A stretch of DNA of 63,101 bases, counting the filler, from Reticulomyxa filosa (lineage: Eukaryota > Protista > Foraminifera), in NCBI GenBank assembly GCA_000512085.1. It is 15 parts of 15 records of this genome, joined end to end, with 100 filler letters (N's around TTAATTAATTAA, not from the genome) between each part and the next. Parts side by side here need not be neighbours in the genome. Positions count along the whole stretch, not along the records: positions 22,651 to 28,128 come from ASPP01036124.1; positions 28,229 to 32,373 come from ASPP01024464.1; positions 32,474 to 42,568 come from ASPP01007134.1; 12 more parts are not named here. One strand, given 5' to 3'. Position 1 is the stretch's first letter. The number at the start of each line of letters is the position of its first letter. The position numbers were made by a program, and so were the translations under genes. Shown piece after piece: positions 26,068 through 40,509 of the stretch. The notes beneath the pieces are model-generated. The model did not search any database. It was not told where the DNA came from and saw only the letters and a program-made list of their open reading frames with translations.

Positions 26068-28128
26068 TCAATTACATTGGAGGAAATGTTTAATTTTTTG
26101 AAGCAAACTGTAATCAGAATATAAGACTAGTTGTCCATCCTTAAGTAAGCAAGAATAATTTGGAAGATTGTGATAATAATTAACGATGGACGATCGATCA
26201 TAGGTAATACCATCCAAAGCAATAACGGGATCAGTCATTATCGTTGTAGATAATGGACATAAATATTCTTTCGGAATATGGGTATAATAATTTACATTTG
26301 GATTAGAACTGACAGGCTCTGAAAAAATGCTATTAGAAAGTTTGGCAAATGTATCATGAATCAAACAGGCTTGTGAAAAAATGTGAATTTGAAAAATTTC
26401 CATCCAATCTTTTTTGGATAAATCCGATAATGCCTTTGGTTGAATTTGGGCATTTTTGATTATTTTTTCAAAATTAATAATTTCAGAATGTTTCGAATTC
26501 AATGTAAAACCAATGAAACTAGCCATTTTTCCAGAGTCCCATTCCAACCATTTCTTTTTCTGCTCTTTCCAATATTCATGCATTTCTGACTTGGATTCTT
26601 CCATCCATTTTTGTGTGTTATTATTCATTTTATCAAATTGATCTAATAATTGATTATGCCTCTGTTTAATGCCTTCAATTTTTGTTATCAGCCTTTGCGC
26701 TCCTTCTTTTGCAGTTTTAGTTTTGTATGCCATTTGAAAACATTCATTCAGTTCATTGATATCTCTAACATATTTTACATAAAGTTCATCCATCTCGCGT
26801 TTTCTTTTTTCCTTTTGATCCTTTTTTTCTACCCACTCTTTATTTTTCTTTTCATCTTCGTTGACACTTTCTTCCAATTTTTTTGATCTTTCTTCTAGAT
26901 CATTCTTTTTTTTTTTTAGGTATACACAGAATATATATATTTATACGTATACATTATTTACAGCATAAACTCTATTGTTTATATATACATATATATAAGT
27001 AACTTGAATTGAAGTTTGAATCTTTAGCAATTCTCGAATGGTACCCGATATTTTTTCAAATTTCGTTTCATTTTCTTCTATTGATCTGGCAAACTTTCCA
27101 TCGCATCCCCACGTACTCATTTCACTCCATACTGTTTTCCAGTATATTGGAGTTTTACTTTCCCATCCTTGCAATGTATTTTCCATATTTTGCATTGTAT
27201 TTTCGATATCACTCCATCCTTTTGGGATTGACTCATATGGCTCTGTTTTTATCGGAACTTCCAAAATTTTTTGAATAAAATATGGTCGTTCGACTTTCAT
27301 TGTTTCAATTTGTTGTTTCAATTCTGTTAACAACTCATCCGTTTTTTTGTTCAGCGCTTGTTTCTCATGGGTTAGATTTGTTGTATATTGTGTTTGCTCT
27401 TCTATTAATTTTGACAACTTTTCCTTTTCCCCCACTTTCAATAATTGTCGCACTTTTACGTGTATGTGCGTTTTTTGGACATATCCATTGATATCAGTTC
27501 CACCAAAGTTATGTATAGTATTTTTTTTATCTATTACGGCAAAAGAATCCCAATTTTCTATTGGCAAAGTATCCTCACATTCGCTCCATGTTTTATATTT
27601 CATGGAATACTTCCACACTTTTTTATGTATGTTATTGGTGGCACTATCCTTCCCTCCAAGCAAAAAGACATAATCATTATGATGTACAAACGAATAAAAA
27701 TTGGAGTCCTTCAGGGCTGGACAAATAGGTAATTTTTCGTATTCAAATGTTCTGTTGTGTTCATTGAAGTTGATCAATAATCCTGTATTATAGCAAAACA
27801 GTATGAAACAATTAGTTACACAATCATTTCCTATGGTCAATGGCACAAAACAATGATGACCAATTCCATGTTGATAGGCCTCTACTGGTAGTACATCTGT
27901 GTCCAAAATGGAGCCTGTGTTTAAATCAATTACTTGAATTTTTTTTGGAAAGTGAGTGATAAATAATAAATTATTATCATTTCCACCAATCAATCCACGC
28001 GCTCCCACTAAGTTATCCTCGAAGTCACCAATTTGGAAATGACATTGTTCCCATTGAGATTTGACATTATAATCGTCCCAAACACTTTGATATTCCATTT
28101 TAAATGCGTACTTATCTTTTTTTTCGGG
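26068..28128 (-). CDS. Kelch-repeat + coiled coil + SAM-like + U-box E3 ligase (paralog B), 5' truncated
   Basis: ORFs 26941..28098 and 26068..26877 share RGLIGG.NN.LLFITH.P, GIG.HCFVPLT, FSQACLIHD and IPKE.LCPLS..IM.DPVIALDG.TYDRSSI with paralog A. Confidence 0.88.
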
Positions 28129-28249
28129 NNNNNNNNNNNNNNNNNNNNNNNNNNNNNNNNNNNNNNNNNNNNTTAATTAATTAANNNNNNNNNNNNNNNN
28201 NNNNNNNNNNNNNNNNNNNNNNNNNNNNAATTTTGAAATTACAAATAAG

Positions 28250-29320
28250 ATAATAATTATTAAAAAAAGTGTGATGTGTTTTTTGTATCAATTTGCGTTA
28301 TTTTCAAAAATGTTTGACCTTTTGAAATATACGTTTTTATGAACGATTGGTTCAGTTTTTTGATTATGCACGTTTTTGGCGTTTTGGCAATGATGATGTA
28401 ATGACACATCAAGAAATTAGTATCAATGGTGTTTTCATTTAAAAATCCGAGAAAAAATTAAATTATGAAAGAACTTCAAAACATACTTGGTTGTTTTTTT
28501 TTAAGGATAGGATACGCTCAACAAGCACAAAATCTATTGCAAAGGTTGGATTAAAGACGTTGATATCATCAACATAGGAAATGATACTGATCACCATAAA
28601 ATTGTGGATAAATAATATCATATGGTTCTTTTTTTAATTCAAACTCAAATTTGCTGCACAATAATTTGATAATGGCAACAACACAAAAAATGATTGATGT
28701 AATTGTCATCAATGTCTAATAGATTATTGTTTGTGACATTGTCGCCAATTGATTTCGTATTTTAAATATTGATCTCATGGATACAGTGATGACATATTTT
28801 TCTATTCCATACAACAGAGTTTAATCAAAACTTTGATTATTGCACAAAACCATCGACAATGATTTTTATGTTATGTTTTCAATGATTGTGAAGAAAGTAA
28901 TTGTTCTTTTTCTGTTTATCGTTTGGTGTTGCCAGAATATTTTCAAAACAAATTCCGCTCTATCTTTAGATTAATGGATTAACAATAATCACATCGAAAT
29001 AATCCAAAATGTGCTTAACAGCATAAAATTGTTGTTGATGACAGTGTCATTACTCCCTTTGAATTAGATACTTTATTTACCCTGTCATGCAAATTGATTT
29101 TCTTGGGAAAAAACATCGAATTTCAAGTATCATCAAGAAGAAAAATCAAAATAAATTACATTAATGATTGATTTTTGTTTCTATTTATTGCCTTCTTTTA
29201 AATAATGAATATACTCTAATGTGATAACATTTGATTACAAAGAAAAAAACTCAATGCATTATCTATTGTCCACTGAAACGGACTTGTTTATTTTCGGATT
29301 TTTGAAAACATCGATTTGTC
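28250..29320 (-). mobile_element. Highly decayed Penelope-like retroelement reverse-transcriptase relic
   Basis: Collinear minus-strand motifs: SFD*TLLY (~28810-28833), FEF..YPQFYG (~28593-28651), ISYVDDINVF (~28554-28584), FLDVSL (~28399-28416) and VYFKRSN (~28312-28332). A possible PKIHK-like SKIRK lies near 29300. Confidence 0.55.
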
Positions 29321-31093
29321 ATTACACGATTATTACCGAAACACCGAAAATATTTTAAAAAAGAAATGATAACAATACGTATATAAATGTTTAATTTTTC
29401 TATAAATGACTTCATTTATATTATGTATTTGTTCATCATATTGCACAATTATTCAAACATTTACATTATTTGTTACAATGCATTTCAAATAATACTATTT
29501 GAAAAAATAGATATATATTTTATCATAATGTAAGTTTGTTTTATATTCCTGTACATATGATTAGAAAAATTTATATTTATTATGAATAAATAATCATATT
29601 TCCAGAAAGAAGCACATTCAATACACATTTATAATATTTTAAAAAGAAATTACGAAATTATCGATTGATTACATTTTTTATTTTTGAAAAGATCAATGAA
29701 TGAAATTGAAAGAATAATCCAACATATATTTTCGTTTCGTATTTTGTTATTATTTGACAAAGTTTCTTGCATAGTAGTTTTTCCTTTCTTTGCACAAATG
29801 AAAAACAGCCAAAAATTATTCTTTTTTTTAAAGTCCGAACGAAGTAAACTAATTTTATCAATACTTCAAACAATTTTATGTATTAAATGTTGTAGATCTA
29901 GTTGAAGCAATTGTTTATTTGTTCAATTTGGGGACTAGAGTTTATATTTTTACATATATTTATTTATACAACAATACCGTGCACTTTGGAAAAAACGTTT
30001 AAGAAAGAATATTTCACATATATTACATAATACACTATCATTTCGACATACAATAAAATTTATTTTAGTTTAAATATCTTCTCTTTTGTTTTGTTCTATT
30101 AATTAGAGCTAATACAAATATACAAATGATGTTTGATTTTTGTAAATGTGATAACTACAATAATTTGACTTACAAATTTTCGTCTAAAATTAAAAAAAAA
30201 TGGCATTGCCTTGGATAAACAAAATGAATTTAAAGACATGCACATTTTGTAAAATCTGTTTGAAGTTAACCACGTTGATATGCTACAGTTTCTATTTCTG
30301 CTTTGGTTGTAAGATCGGACATTATTTGAAATTGATCCTCTTTCTTTTGATGAGCCACCAATAACTGGCAAAAATTTATACTATGAAACTTCATAACCTT
30401 CGTTGTACTCACTTTTTTTCGATTTGATAAATTTAATGACATTATTCTATAATCTTATTTAGCATTTCATTCGATAAACAAATTATTCTTATTTAATCGA
30501 ATAAACAAAATAAAAACATAAATAAAATTAACTTTTTAAAAATGTTTAACGTAACTTACAAATACTAGTGATTTAAGCGTTGACATTTTGCAACTGCTTT
30601 TTCTTTAATAATATAAAATGCGAAATATTTAATTTTTTTTTAGTTCAATGAATTGACTTTGATCCAATTTTTTTAAAGTGTATTTGATTAAAAAAAAAAC
30701 CCAAAAAAGATTACAAAAAGTGAATTGTAAATCATCCTATCACCAAGCATGATGCTTCTCACCAACTTATACCCTCCATATGTTTCAACAATGAAGAAAA
30801 GTTTCACTGAAGACAACACTTGCGTTGTTAAATGTATTTTTAGTAAATGAGCTATCACACAAACTACGGCACACACAGCAAGTGTTTTTATTCAGTGAAT
30901 AAGAATACTGTTATACAAAAGCTAGCCAGTGTGTGAATTTTCAAATGCAGTGCAAGATTTGTTTTTGTTTGTCCGGTGCACTCTCTTTCAAGTTAATGTA
31001 TGTTGATAGAGATTAGAGATTAGAGATATAGATAGAGAAAAAATGATCTCTGTGGTTTACAAAAGGATGGTTTTTTGAAGTGGCTGAGCTTAA

Positions 31094-32373
31094 TCAACGG
31101 CAAAAATGGCACTTTGATTCTTTCAAACACCACCATATTGGACAACCGAGGCATATGCTATATTCACGATAAAGACATGCTTGATTGTCAAACCATGTAA
31201 TATTACAAAAAAAAAAAAAAGAAGAGATCAGTACAAAAACATACCAAGTGCAAAACATATCATCGAGTGTAGGATATTTATCTCGATTGGTTGTTTCGAC
31301 ATTTAAAAGCGACTGCCTTTCGTGTTGCAGATCATCATTATTAGTTTCTTCTTTTTTTTCTTTAGGAGATGCAGGCTGTTCTCCGACGGCAGGGTCGGAT
31401 GTGGTATTCTGTTGTACCAGCAGTTCTTTGTGTTGGCGCTTCAGCTGCTGCAATTCGTTGTCCAGCGCTTGCGTTTGAGTTTGGTAATTGTGTTCGCGTT
31501 GCTTCAGGTCGCGTTGCAAAGCGAACACCTGTTCGGTCAATCCGTTGATTTTCTGTTCATTGGCCCGTTGTTGCGTGCCACCATCCTGTTCGACCTGACG
31601 CAATCGGCTTTCCAAATGTTTTATTTTCTCCACGTCCTTTTCGGACTCTTGTTTCTATTGGACATTTAAAAAAAAAAAAAACGTATAACAAAAAAAAAAA
31701 ATCACAGTTATATACATATAATATATATGTATATATATATGTATATATAAACATATATTAAAAACTTGTTTTTGTAAGATTTGATCTCTTCTATTCAATT
31801 CCAATTTCAATAACTCGACTTGATGAGCGAGACTATGCTGGGAGAGCTCCAAAGTATTGATAGCATGTTCCTGTTCGGTGGCGCGTTTATGAAAGCCATC
31901 GGCCTTGTATCCATAGCTTTGGTCGACTTTTTGCAATTCGTTTTCGTAAAACATCTTGAGCGTGTCGTATTTGACGGCCCAGTCTTGGACCAGTTTGGCA
32001 TGCTCTTGTTGCATCAACTCGGTCTTTTCCTTCAGTTCATTGACGTGGCGATTCTCCAAGGTAAACGACAAGTTTTCGAGCTTGACTTCGTATTCGTTCT
32101 TCAGTTTGTCCATCTTCTCCGCCCATTTTTCGTTCAGTTCTTCGAGTTGCTCTGCCTCCAATGCCCTGGCCATCGACCCCGAGGCCGACCTCGTGCTCGA
32201 CGGCGAGGCGTGGAAGCGGACGGTTTTCTGCGATACGTCGCCCATCGATACGTCTTCCTCCACGTCACTCACCACCCGTCCAAGCGGTTGGCTGACGATC
32301 GAGTAGTTGCCACTGTTCATGCCAAACAAGTCGTTATTACGTTGCGACGACTCTGCAAAGATTTTGCTGAAAT
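31094..32373 (-). CDS. Coiled-coil protein with a Cys-rich C-terminal tail
   Basis: ORFs 31655..32329 and 31094..31633 are heptad-rich and separated by introns. The protein ends ICLGCPIWWCLKESKCHFCR. Confidence 0.7.
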
Positions 32374-32473
32374 NNNNNNNNNNNNNNNNNNNNNNNNNNN
32401 NNNNNNNNNNNNNNNNNTTAATTAATTAANNNNNNNNNNNNNNNNNNNNNNNNNNNNNNNNNNNNNNNNNNNN

Positions 32474-35400
32474 AATTGCAGCAACTCCACTCCACTCTGG
32501 CAGGAAACAATGAGGAAACGGGTCAATCATTGCACAATGGCCATTCGGGGGACAACGAGCTGCAAAAGCAATTGACGCACTGTCGTCAGGAGTTGAACGA
32601 TCTGCACATTGCAAACGAAGCTGTGCACATGCAATGCACGCAATTGCAAAGCTCTCTCACACTTTTACAGGTAGCATACTTTGAAAAATTTGAGGAAAGA
32701 AAAAAAAAAAAAAAGAATTTACTTTAATAAAACACATTTGTGTGTTCATATGCACGGCGGGGGGGGGGGGGATGTGACAAGAAACAAAAAGAAGAAGTGG
32801 TAAAGTTGTTGAGCGAGGCAAATAAAGCCCAGTTACGAATGACAGCAAAAGAGAAAGATAATGATAAAGGAACGAGCACGAACTTGGTCGAGCAAGTGCA
32901 TTTAGTGTTGGAGGCGCATCGCTGTCTGCAAGATAAGTACGAGTCACAGAAAACAGAGCTCGGCAGAATGACCGAAGAGGCTTGGCATTTACAACATTTA
33001 AACCAGCGTTTTGATGAAATCAAAAATCTATTACTTTCCGGTCAAAAGCAGTCTTTGATCCCCGTGTCCATTCCAGCCAATGAACGTGTCAATGAAAGTG
33101 CCAACAGCAATGATTTGAACGACTCGAACTTTACGAACTCGCTTATGAGTAGCGTCTGTTTGTTCGATACCATGCCTGCTGATGGTTATCTATTTCTTTC
33201 TTTTTTTTTTTTAATAACAACAAACAAACAAACAAACAAAAAAAAAACAATATGTAAATAATATGTAGACGTACTCAATACCTCGATTCAAAAAATGGAG
33301 GAAATATTGAAAAGCCAAGTGGACAATTTGAGTAGGGAAAAAATGGAGCTGACACAACAACTGACGAGCTTGCGACAGGAACGTGATGAGTTGCATAAAG
33401 ACGCCTTGACGCAGTCTCAACAACTGCACGCGCTTCAACAAGCGTACGACCAACTCGCCGATGAATTAAAACAAGCGCGGCACGAGTGCGAAACTTTACG
33501 TGGCCATCACCAGAAACTCACCAGTGACAACAAAGACGTCGTCCAGCAGTTTGAAAAAGAACTTCGCGAAATCACGACCCAAAGAGACTTGTCTCTTCAA
33601 AAACTTCAATCTCTCGAAACGCAAGCCGGACATTTGGAAAATTATCTGTTTGTTTGCGGAGGGGAGGGAGGGAAGGAAGGGGGGAGAAAAAGGCTATACA
33701 TGTATATACGTACACATATGATACAATCAGGAGATCGACAATGAGTAGTCGAGGAAAGAGTGCATCAAGCAGTAGTCCAATTAAAATGGAGGTTCAACGA
33801 GATTGTCAACAAAAGTATGAATTTCTTTCTTTCAAACAAAATCAACAAATACAACTGTTTTTTTTTTAGGAATTGGGAGGGGAGAGAAAAAAAAAAAAAA
33901 AAACAATTAAATAAATAAAAGTAATAGAGATGACAACAAGATCGAAGTCAGACAGAGTGAAGAAACAGGACAAAGGCCAAATACGCCCAATGGCATGATA
34001 TTAAATCGTGTGAAAGAGCTTATCACGAATTACTTGGAAGCCTACCAACAAATGAAAAGTAGTTTGTTGTCGGAAAACCAAATGCTGCGTCAGCAAATCG
34101 CAACCGCAACGAGCGAACGAGCAACGCTGCAAGAGCAAATTCGTCAAAAAGACGGTGAATACAAAAAGCTGAAAGACCAGTGTCAGCATCACATGTCTGA
34201 ACTGCAACAAATCCAGTCCAAATCAACAGCCAATATGGAGGAATACCAAAAAGCGTACGAACAATGGGACTTGAAAAAGTCTGAGTACGACAAAAAGATA
34301 CTGGACTTACAACTCGAATGTGACGCTATCAAAGTTATTTATAATTACTCTTTTTTTTTTTTTAAAAAAAATAAAAAATAACAATAATAATAACAAAATT
34401 TAGGTTCATTTTTTTGTTTTTAATTGTGAACATGCATAAATAGTTTGAGTTGACAGCAAAAGGAACGATAGAGGATGCGAACAACGTGCAAGAGCTGAAT
34501 CAACACTTGGAAAGTTTGAAAATGAAATATGAAAAGCGAATCGAAAGCATAAAACAACAGTTTTCAGAAAAAATCAATGTGATGAATGTGACGGTGACGA
34601 AATTGAATAATATGCAAACAAAGCTGTTGAAAGAGACTCAACACTTGACAATTCAATTGAAGCAAAAAGAGATGGATTATGACGAATATGAAAGAAAATG
34701 CCGCGAATTCGAGAACGAGCTGAACAATTCCAAAAATGCGTGGGCAGGCAAAGAAAATAAACTCCGAGATAAATATGAACAAGCGCAGAGCCAATCGAAA
34801 CAAGAACTAGAGTCGGTTTGTTGTTCTCTTTGACAAAAGAAAGAAATAAGACGGAGAGGGGAGCAACGAAGGAGAAATAAATATGTGCATATACATACAT
34901 ATATGCATATATAATGATCCCATTTAATAGATGAAGAGCGACATCCAAAGTTTAGAGAATGAAAAGAAAGAGCTAGAAAAAAAAATAGAGAGCTTGGTCC
35001 TTCAAATGACCGAAGTTTCACAAGAAAGAGATACGTTACAAAACCAGTTACAAGTGACCAAAGACACGCTGACAGCATGTTGTAGAGAGCGCAATCAAAT
35101 GGAGGAGAAGCTTCATGACGCCACCCAACAACTTCAAACAACTAAGCAAGACTGTGAGACATTGCACTCAGTTATGTTTTTTGTTTGTTTGTTTTGTTTT
35201 TTTCAATTCTTTCTAATCCTCTGATACATCATCTGTGATTATACTACTCAGGTTAACCAAGAGCTTAGTGAAAAGCAATCCAAAACCCTTAAAGATTGCC
35301 AAATGCGCATTGAAAATGCATTGCAACAAAAAATGTCGGTCGACGTTGGTAAGTGAAACAAAAAGATATCCTTTGTCTCTAATAGTGTTTTATTATTGTT

Positions 35401-37635
35401 ATTATTTTATTTGCTATTTATTTCTTTATTTATTTTTTATTTGTTCCATTTGTACGTATATGGTGTATACGTTGCAAATGTGGAGAGGATTTCAAAACTG
35501 ATACCACTTTTTACATTTGAAAAACACATTTTAGAACTGAAAGAACTGCAACAACTCCACGACGCCAAAGTGAAGGGAATGGAATGCCAATTGCAAGAAA
35601 CGATGCTAAAATACCAACAGTTTGTGCAAGAAAATCAGTCGTTGCAAGACTGTCGTGATCAAAATCAAGTGTTGGTGAAACAAAATCAACAATTGCAAAA
35701 ACAAGTTAAGCTATTTCACAAAAAATTAGATTTTTGTCAGCAAAAAAAAAAAAATTGTAATAAATATTTGCTCAGCTCGAAGACAGTCGAAATGATAACT
35801 CGAAACTCAGCGAAAAAATAGACCAACATTATTCTCGCATAAAGGAGCAAACTGTGGAATTGAAACAACTGGAAAACACATTAAAAAATAAAGACTTACA
35901 AATAAGCGAGCTGGAAAAAAAATTGAAAACTATCCATGCTGTAGATACTCCAAGTCCACCTATGGAAAGATCGTCCAAACAAAATACCAAAGTGAAATAT
36001 GATGCAATTAACCCGCAGCAATCACCACCAAAAAATGGTAAAAAAGACAACATAAAAGAAACAAAAATCAATATAATTGTAATAATCTAATATGTGTACC
36101 ACAAACTGGTGGACTGTGATAGATCCTTCCATTGAAAGGTTGCTGAAGACGCTGGACCAGGCAATTGCTTGTTTGAAAAAGAAATTAGTATTTACGGTAT
36201 TAAGCGTATATTCTTCCCCTGACTCTCCAAGTGCATTGGCTGTTGAAGAGGGCGCAAGGTCAGCTGTGCATCCCCTTGATCTTCCTTCCTATTTACAGCA
36301 AATTATCACAGAAATTGTCAGCTTTACGCGCTATGGCGATGCATTGCAGCAACAGTGTCTTAAACAGGGAGAAAGATGTAAAGAATTGGAGACACTTTCT
36401 GGTAAAAATATGCAGGAGTTGGAGCGGCTCACGAAGGAAAATGTTGATTTACGCGGTGAAATTGACGACTTCAAGGTAACTCAAACATACCTAGCCAAAT
36501 GCTCTATGTTTTCTTTTTTTTTTTTTTTTTTTTGCAAATGTATTGACTTGTTCTCGCGTGTTGGCAACTACAGTTTCAATTGACAACCAAATCCAAGCAT
36601 TTGAAGATGCTCCAAAAAAATCAGGAGGAGTTGGAGGCCAGTTTGAAGGATTGCACACAAAAATTAGAGTTGGCAAGACAGCAAATAGCGCAAGCCGATA
36701 TGTTTTTCGAAGGGGAGAGAAAAGTGCCTATTGCTAAGAAAACCAAGATATTTGGGCAAATTGACAATAACAGTGCTTCTTCCGCTATTATTACTAAATC
36801 AGAAGAAGATAAAAACTTGAAAGAGCAACAAAGATTTGATGTTGGAAATGAATTGATCTTCCAAAAACAATTACAATTACTACGAAAAGAATATTGTGAT
36901 GTTCAACAAAAATTAAAAGATTCAGAGCATAAAAACAAGCAGTTACAGTTAGAGATACATCAACTGCAACTGAAATTAGAAAATGCTGAGTCCAAAAGGT
37001 ATTACACATGCACATTAATATTTTTTGGAAAATTATACTGATATGTTGTATGTTGTCTTCTCATCTACACATATTAATATAGTCAAACCTTGTTATGTGA
37101 AAGAGATCGATTGAAATTAGAAATTGAGAAACAAAATACTCTATTGAATCAGTTGGAAGAAGAACAAACAACTGCTACCTCAACAAACATGTATGTATTT
37201 TGTACTAAAAACAGAAGCATTAAGTTATTATAAATTTGGATTGATTGCGTTGTAACAACACACAGAAAAGAGCGTAACCAATTTTTGATAATGGAAGAAA
37301 AAGTCAAATCAGCTCAATTTGAGATGGAGAAAACAAAAGCAAAAGCAGAAAAGCTGCGCAGTCAAAGAGATTATGCCAAGGAGAAATATAAAGAGCTCAA
37401 GACAAAGTTTAATATGCTGGAACAAAAATTTACTTATCTTGCGCGCAGATTAAGCGAAAGAAATTTGATGTCAACTGCTTATGGTCCCTATGATGAAGCA
37501 ATGGCTGCAACGTCCATTCCCATTCCTCAGCTGCTTAATCATGTAAACGCTGTTCCAAATCTAAACACTTGGAAGAACGTTGGTTCTGATGCTCAAAAAA
37601 ACAATATACCTATCGATCAATCGACAGAAGGTTGA
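32474..37635 (+). CDS. Large multi-exon coiled-coil protein, 5' truncated
   Basis: A chain of E/Q/K/L-rich exons (32476, 32740, 33295, 33995, 34450, 34931, 35396, 35854, 36092, 36580, 37285) separated by short GT-AG introns. Confidence 0.8.
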
Positions 37636-38012
37636 TGTGACAAATGTTTTTATTATGGTTCTTGGTGAGAATAGAGGGTGGGATTGTGTTTTGCTTTGAT
37701 AGTATTTTATTTTTCTTTTATTTAAAAAATCTATTTACTAATTTGCAATTTTCTTACAAACCCCATATATCCAAAGTTAGCTTCAAAAAAACGAAGGCAA
37801 CTTTCGTATTCAATTTTTAATATCTGCCATGTTAGACATAGGCTTAAAACAGATACATGTGCAAGATCCATTCATTATTTGATACATCCAAGTACACAAA
37901 CGATTTTTACACGCTGTTCAATTGACTAACTTTATACAAAAAATTTTTTGTTATCCTTACCTCATTGTTACCAAATAATGTGTGACAAGAATTATCTCGT
38001 TCCATCACATAT

Positions 38013-40509
38013 CTACTCCTTTTCCAAACTTTTTTTTAATTTCCTGCTCTCCAGGTTTAGTTCTGGTTGTTTGTTTCCCATTGTTCTTTTTTTTTGTTTG
38101 TGACTTCGTTTTTTACTTTTTTCTTTTTCAGGAGTTTTATACTCAGGTTGAGTCGCAGCAATTTTTTCTTTGTCATCCTTTTTTGAAGGTATAAATCCTG
38201 ATTTCATTAAACTCAGTACTCTGTCCACCATTTTTTTTTGTCCGATTTTGGCTGTAGGAAAGACAAACACCCAATAAAAATTATTCACAATTTTGCTGCA
38301 TGCCAATATAACGCGTTACGTTTTTGTTCAGAACTGTCTCAGTCATCAATAATGTGGCAATTGATGTAGAAGAAGTCTTGCGTCTTTTGCTTGGTTTCAT
38401 GATCTTTGGCCTGTTGACATCATTTGGAAATGAGTGACATATGATATTCAGGGAAGTATCATTATCTTCTTTGCCATTATTGGTGTAATGGAAAGAATCC
38501 TTGCGCTTCTGTAATACATATTTAAGAAAAATATAAAAATTTAATTGCTTCAACAGGTGACAATATTACCTTCAAAACTTTTGACCAATCGTCAAAAGAA
38601 GTCATAGTAGGGTATTCATCGTGCTCCATGTTGATTTCATCCGGTGACACCTTGAGATTTATCAGAGTGTTCTATAACAAATATAAACAAAAAACTCTGT
38701 ACAAAAAACATTTTTACTTGACTGTTGTCGTTTGCTTCAAATCCTTCTTCAATTCTGCTTGCTTTTGGTGAATTGGCACAATAAATACTACTACTTGTGT
38801 GTGGTGACAGTAAATTATTGTTATTTCTTGTTGTCTGTGAAATAGTATTTTGTTAATTCACAAAACACTAAAAAGCTCCACATCCTTTTTGCTGCCACTT
38901 AAAATGAATACAGTTTATCCTTTATTAAAAATTATAAATAATCAACATAAATGAGTCAAACAAAGATAGAATCACTGTGTTACCTCTACAATATAATTGG
39001 GCCCAGCTGTATTTTCGTTTGTGTGTCCTTGGTGTCTTACGTCTTGTCCATTGTTATTTTTTGTGTTGTTGATCGTATACTTTTCTATTAAATTTAAATA
39101 TTCGTTTTCTTTTATTTCACCGGCCTCTTGTTGAGATCTTTGACCAAATTCCTGTATTGTACATAGCCATTAAAAAATTTCAACAAATCCGTATGGTTTT
39201 ATTTGAATGATGCAAATCTTTTCACAAAATATTACCAACAGAATCCTTGGTAGTGGCACCATACCTTGTTTCCGATCTCCCACAGTGAAGAATTCAAATC
39301 TATGTCTTCCTGTGATTATAATGTCCACAATGTATATTTTTTTATTGGAATATCCAATTTGATGAGATAACAAGACAAAAAAAAAGTGAAACTGGTGGTA
39401 AAGTTTGTTCGTCAAAACATCTTTTCTTATTGAAATCAATATCACTCACTTGACTTGAGTTTAGTCCAAAATCAGTAATGCCTTGACCTTTTTTTTTTTT
39501 TGAGTGCTTGCGCTTTATGACGACAAGAAAAGCAAAAACAACATTGAAAACTAACATCCAGTAGATCCGTCTACATGCTTTTCCGAGCAGATCGTCGTTT
39601 CCACCATTTGTTGTTCAATTTTGATTTGGTATTGTTCGTTAACGCAGCTGTCATAGCTTTGGCTTGTTAAATCAAACTCTTTTATTGGCTCTGCGAGTTG
39701 TCTTAACGGCCGATAAGCGTTGTTTAATAACATCACTTGCTTTCCCAATTGCTGCAATTCAGGCAAAACATCCTGATTAAATTGATGTTCGATTTCTCCT
39801 TGTATTGACTGTTCAAGTCCTTGAGTTGCCCTATGACAATATTGTTATTTTCTTATGTCGTCTTTCCATTCTTGTTGTAGATTCATTTAAAAAGAAAATT
39901 TATTATTTTTTTTGAATGATAAGTTGGACAAAGCGCAAATACACATCATTTGTTTCAAAACTAACTGTTCGATTCGACACAGCAAGGACTGCATTTTCTG
40001 TTTTGCTTCTCTCATGCCTTGCCATTCTTGTTGCAGCTGTGAACTCGGTCCATCATCTAGTTCTCTTGTGGAAACACGAGGACATAACAAAGCAAAAGTT
40101 TTGATAAGTTAGAAAAAAAACAATCTAAAGACAATCATAACTCACTTTTGGATTTGAGAAAGCGCACACTTCATCTTATCTCCTTTTTTTTTTATCTCCT
40201 CCATATTAGAATTGACTTCTCTGTTACATTCCATTTTTACCAGTTATTTATTTTGTATACCAAAACAAAAACAAAAAAAGACATATCGTTTGAACAATAC
40301 ACTGTTTTCTTTTTTTTTAGCCAGTACTGTTTATGATTGCGCAGCTCGAGGAGCACGTTTTCGTGAAAGGATTTCACTCCGGCAAGAAGCTGATCTTCTA
40401 CACCCAAATGATCACTGTTTGTTCGATCACTGGGACTTTGTCTATTACTTGAATTTCCACTCACACCTCCAGGTATGGCACGAAATAAAGTACTAAGAAA
40501 TGAGGCCAT
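38013..40509 (-). CDS. Multi-exon hypothetical protein
   Basis: ATG at 40509 (MASFLSTLFRAIP), followed by coding-like minus-strand segments at 40237, 39887, 39551, 39170, 38281 and 38013. No family recognised, and the 3' end is uncertain. Confidence 0.55.

Noticed and set aside
31005-31040. GATTAGA repeats as telomeric sequence
   Set aside because: Only 2-3 imperfect copies inside a 3' UTR.
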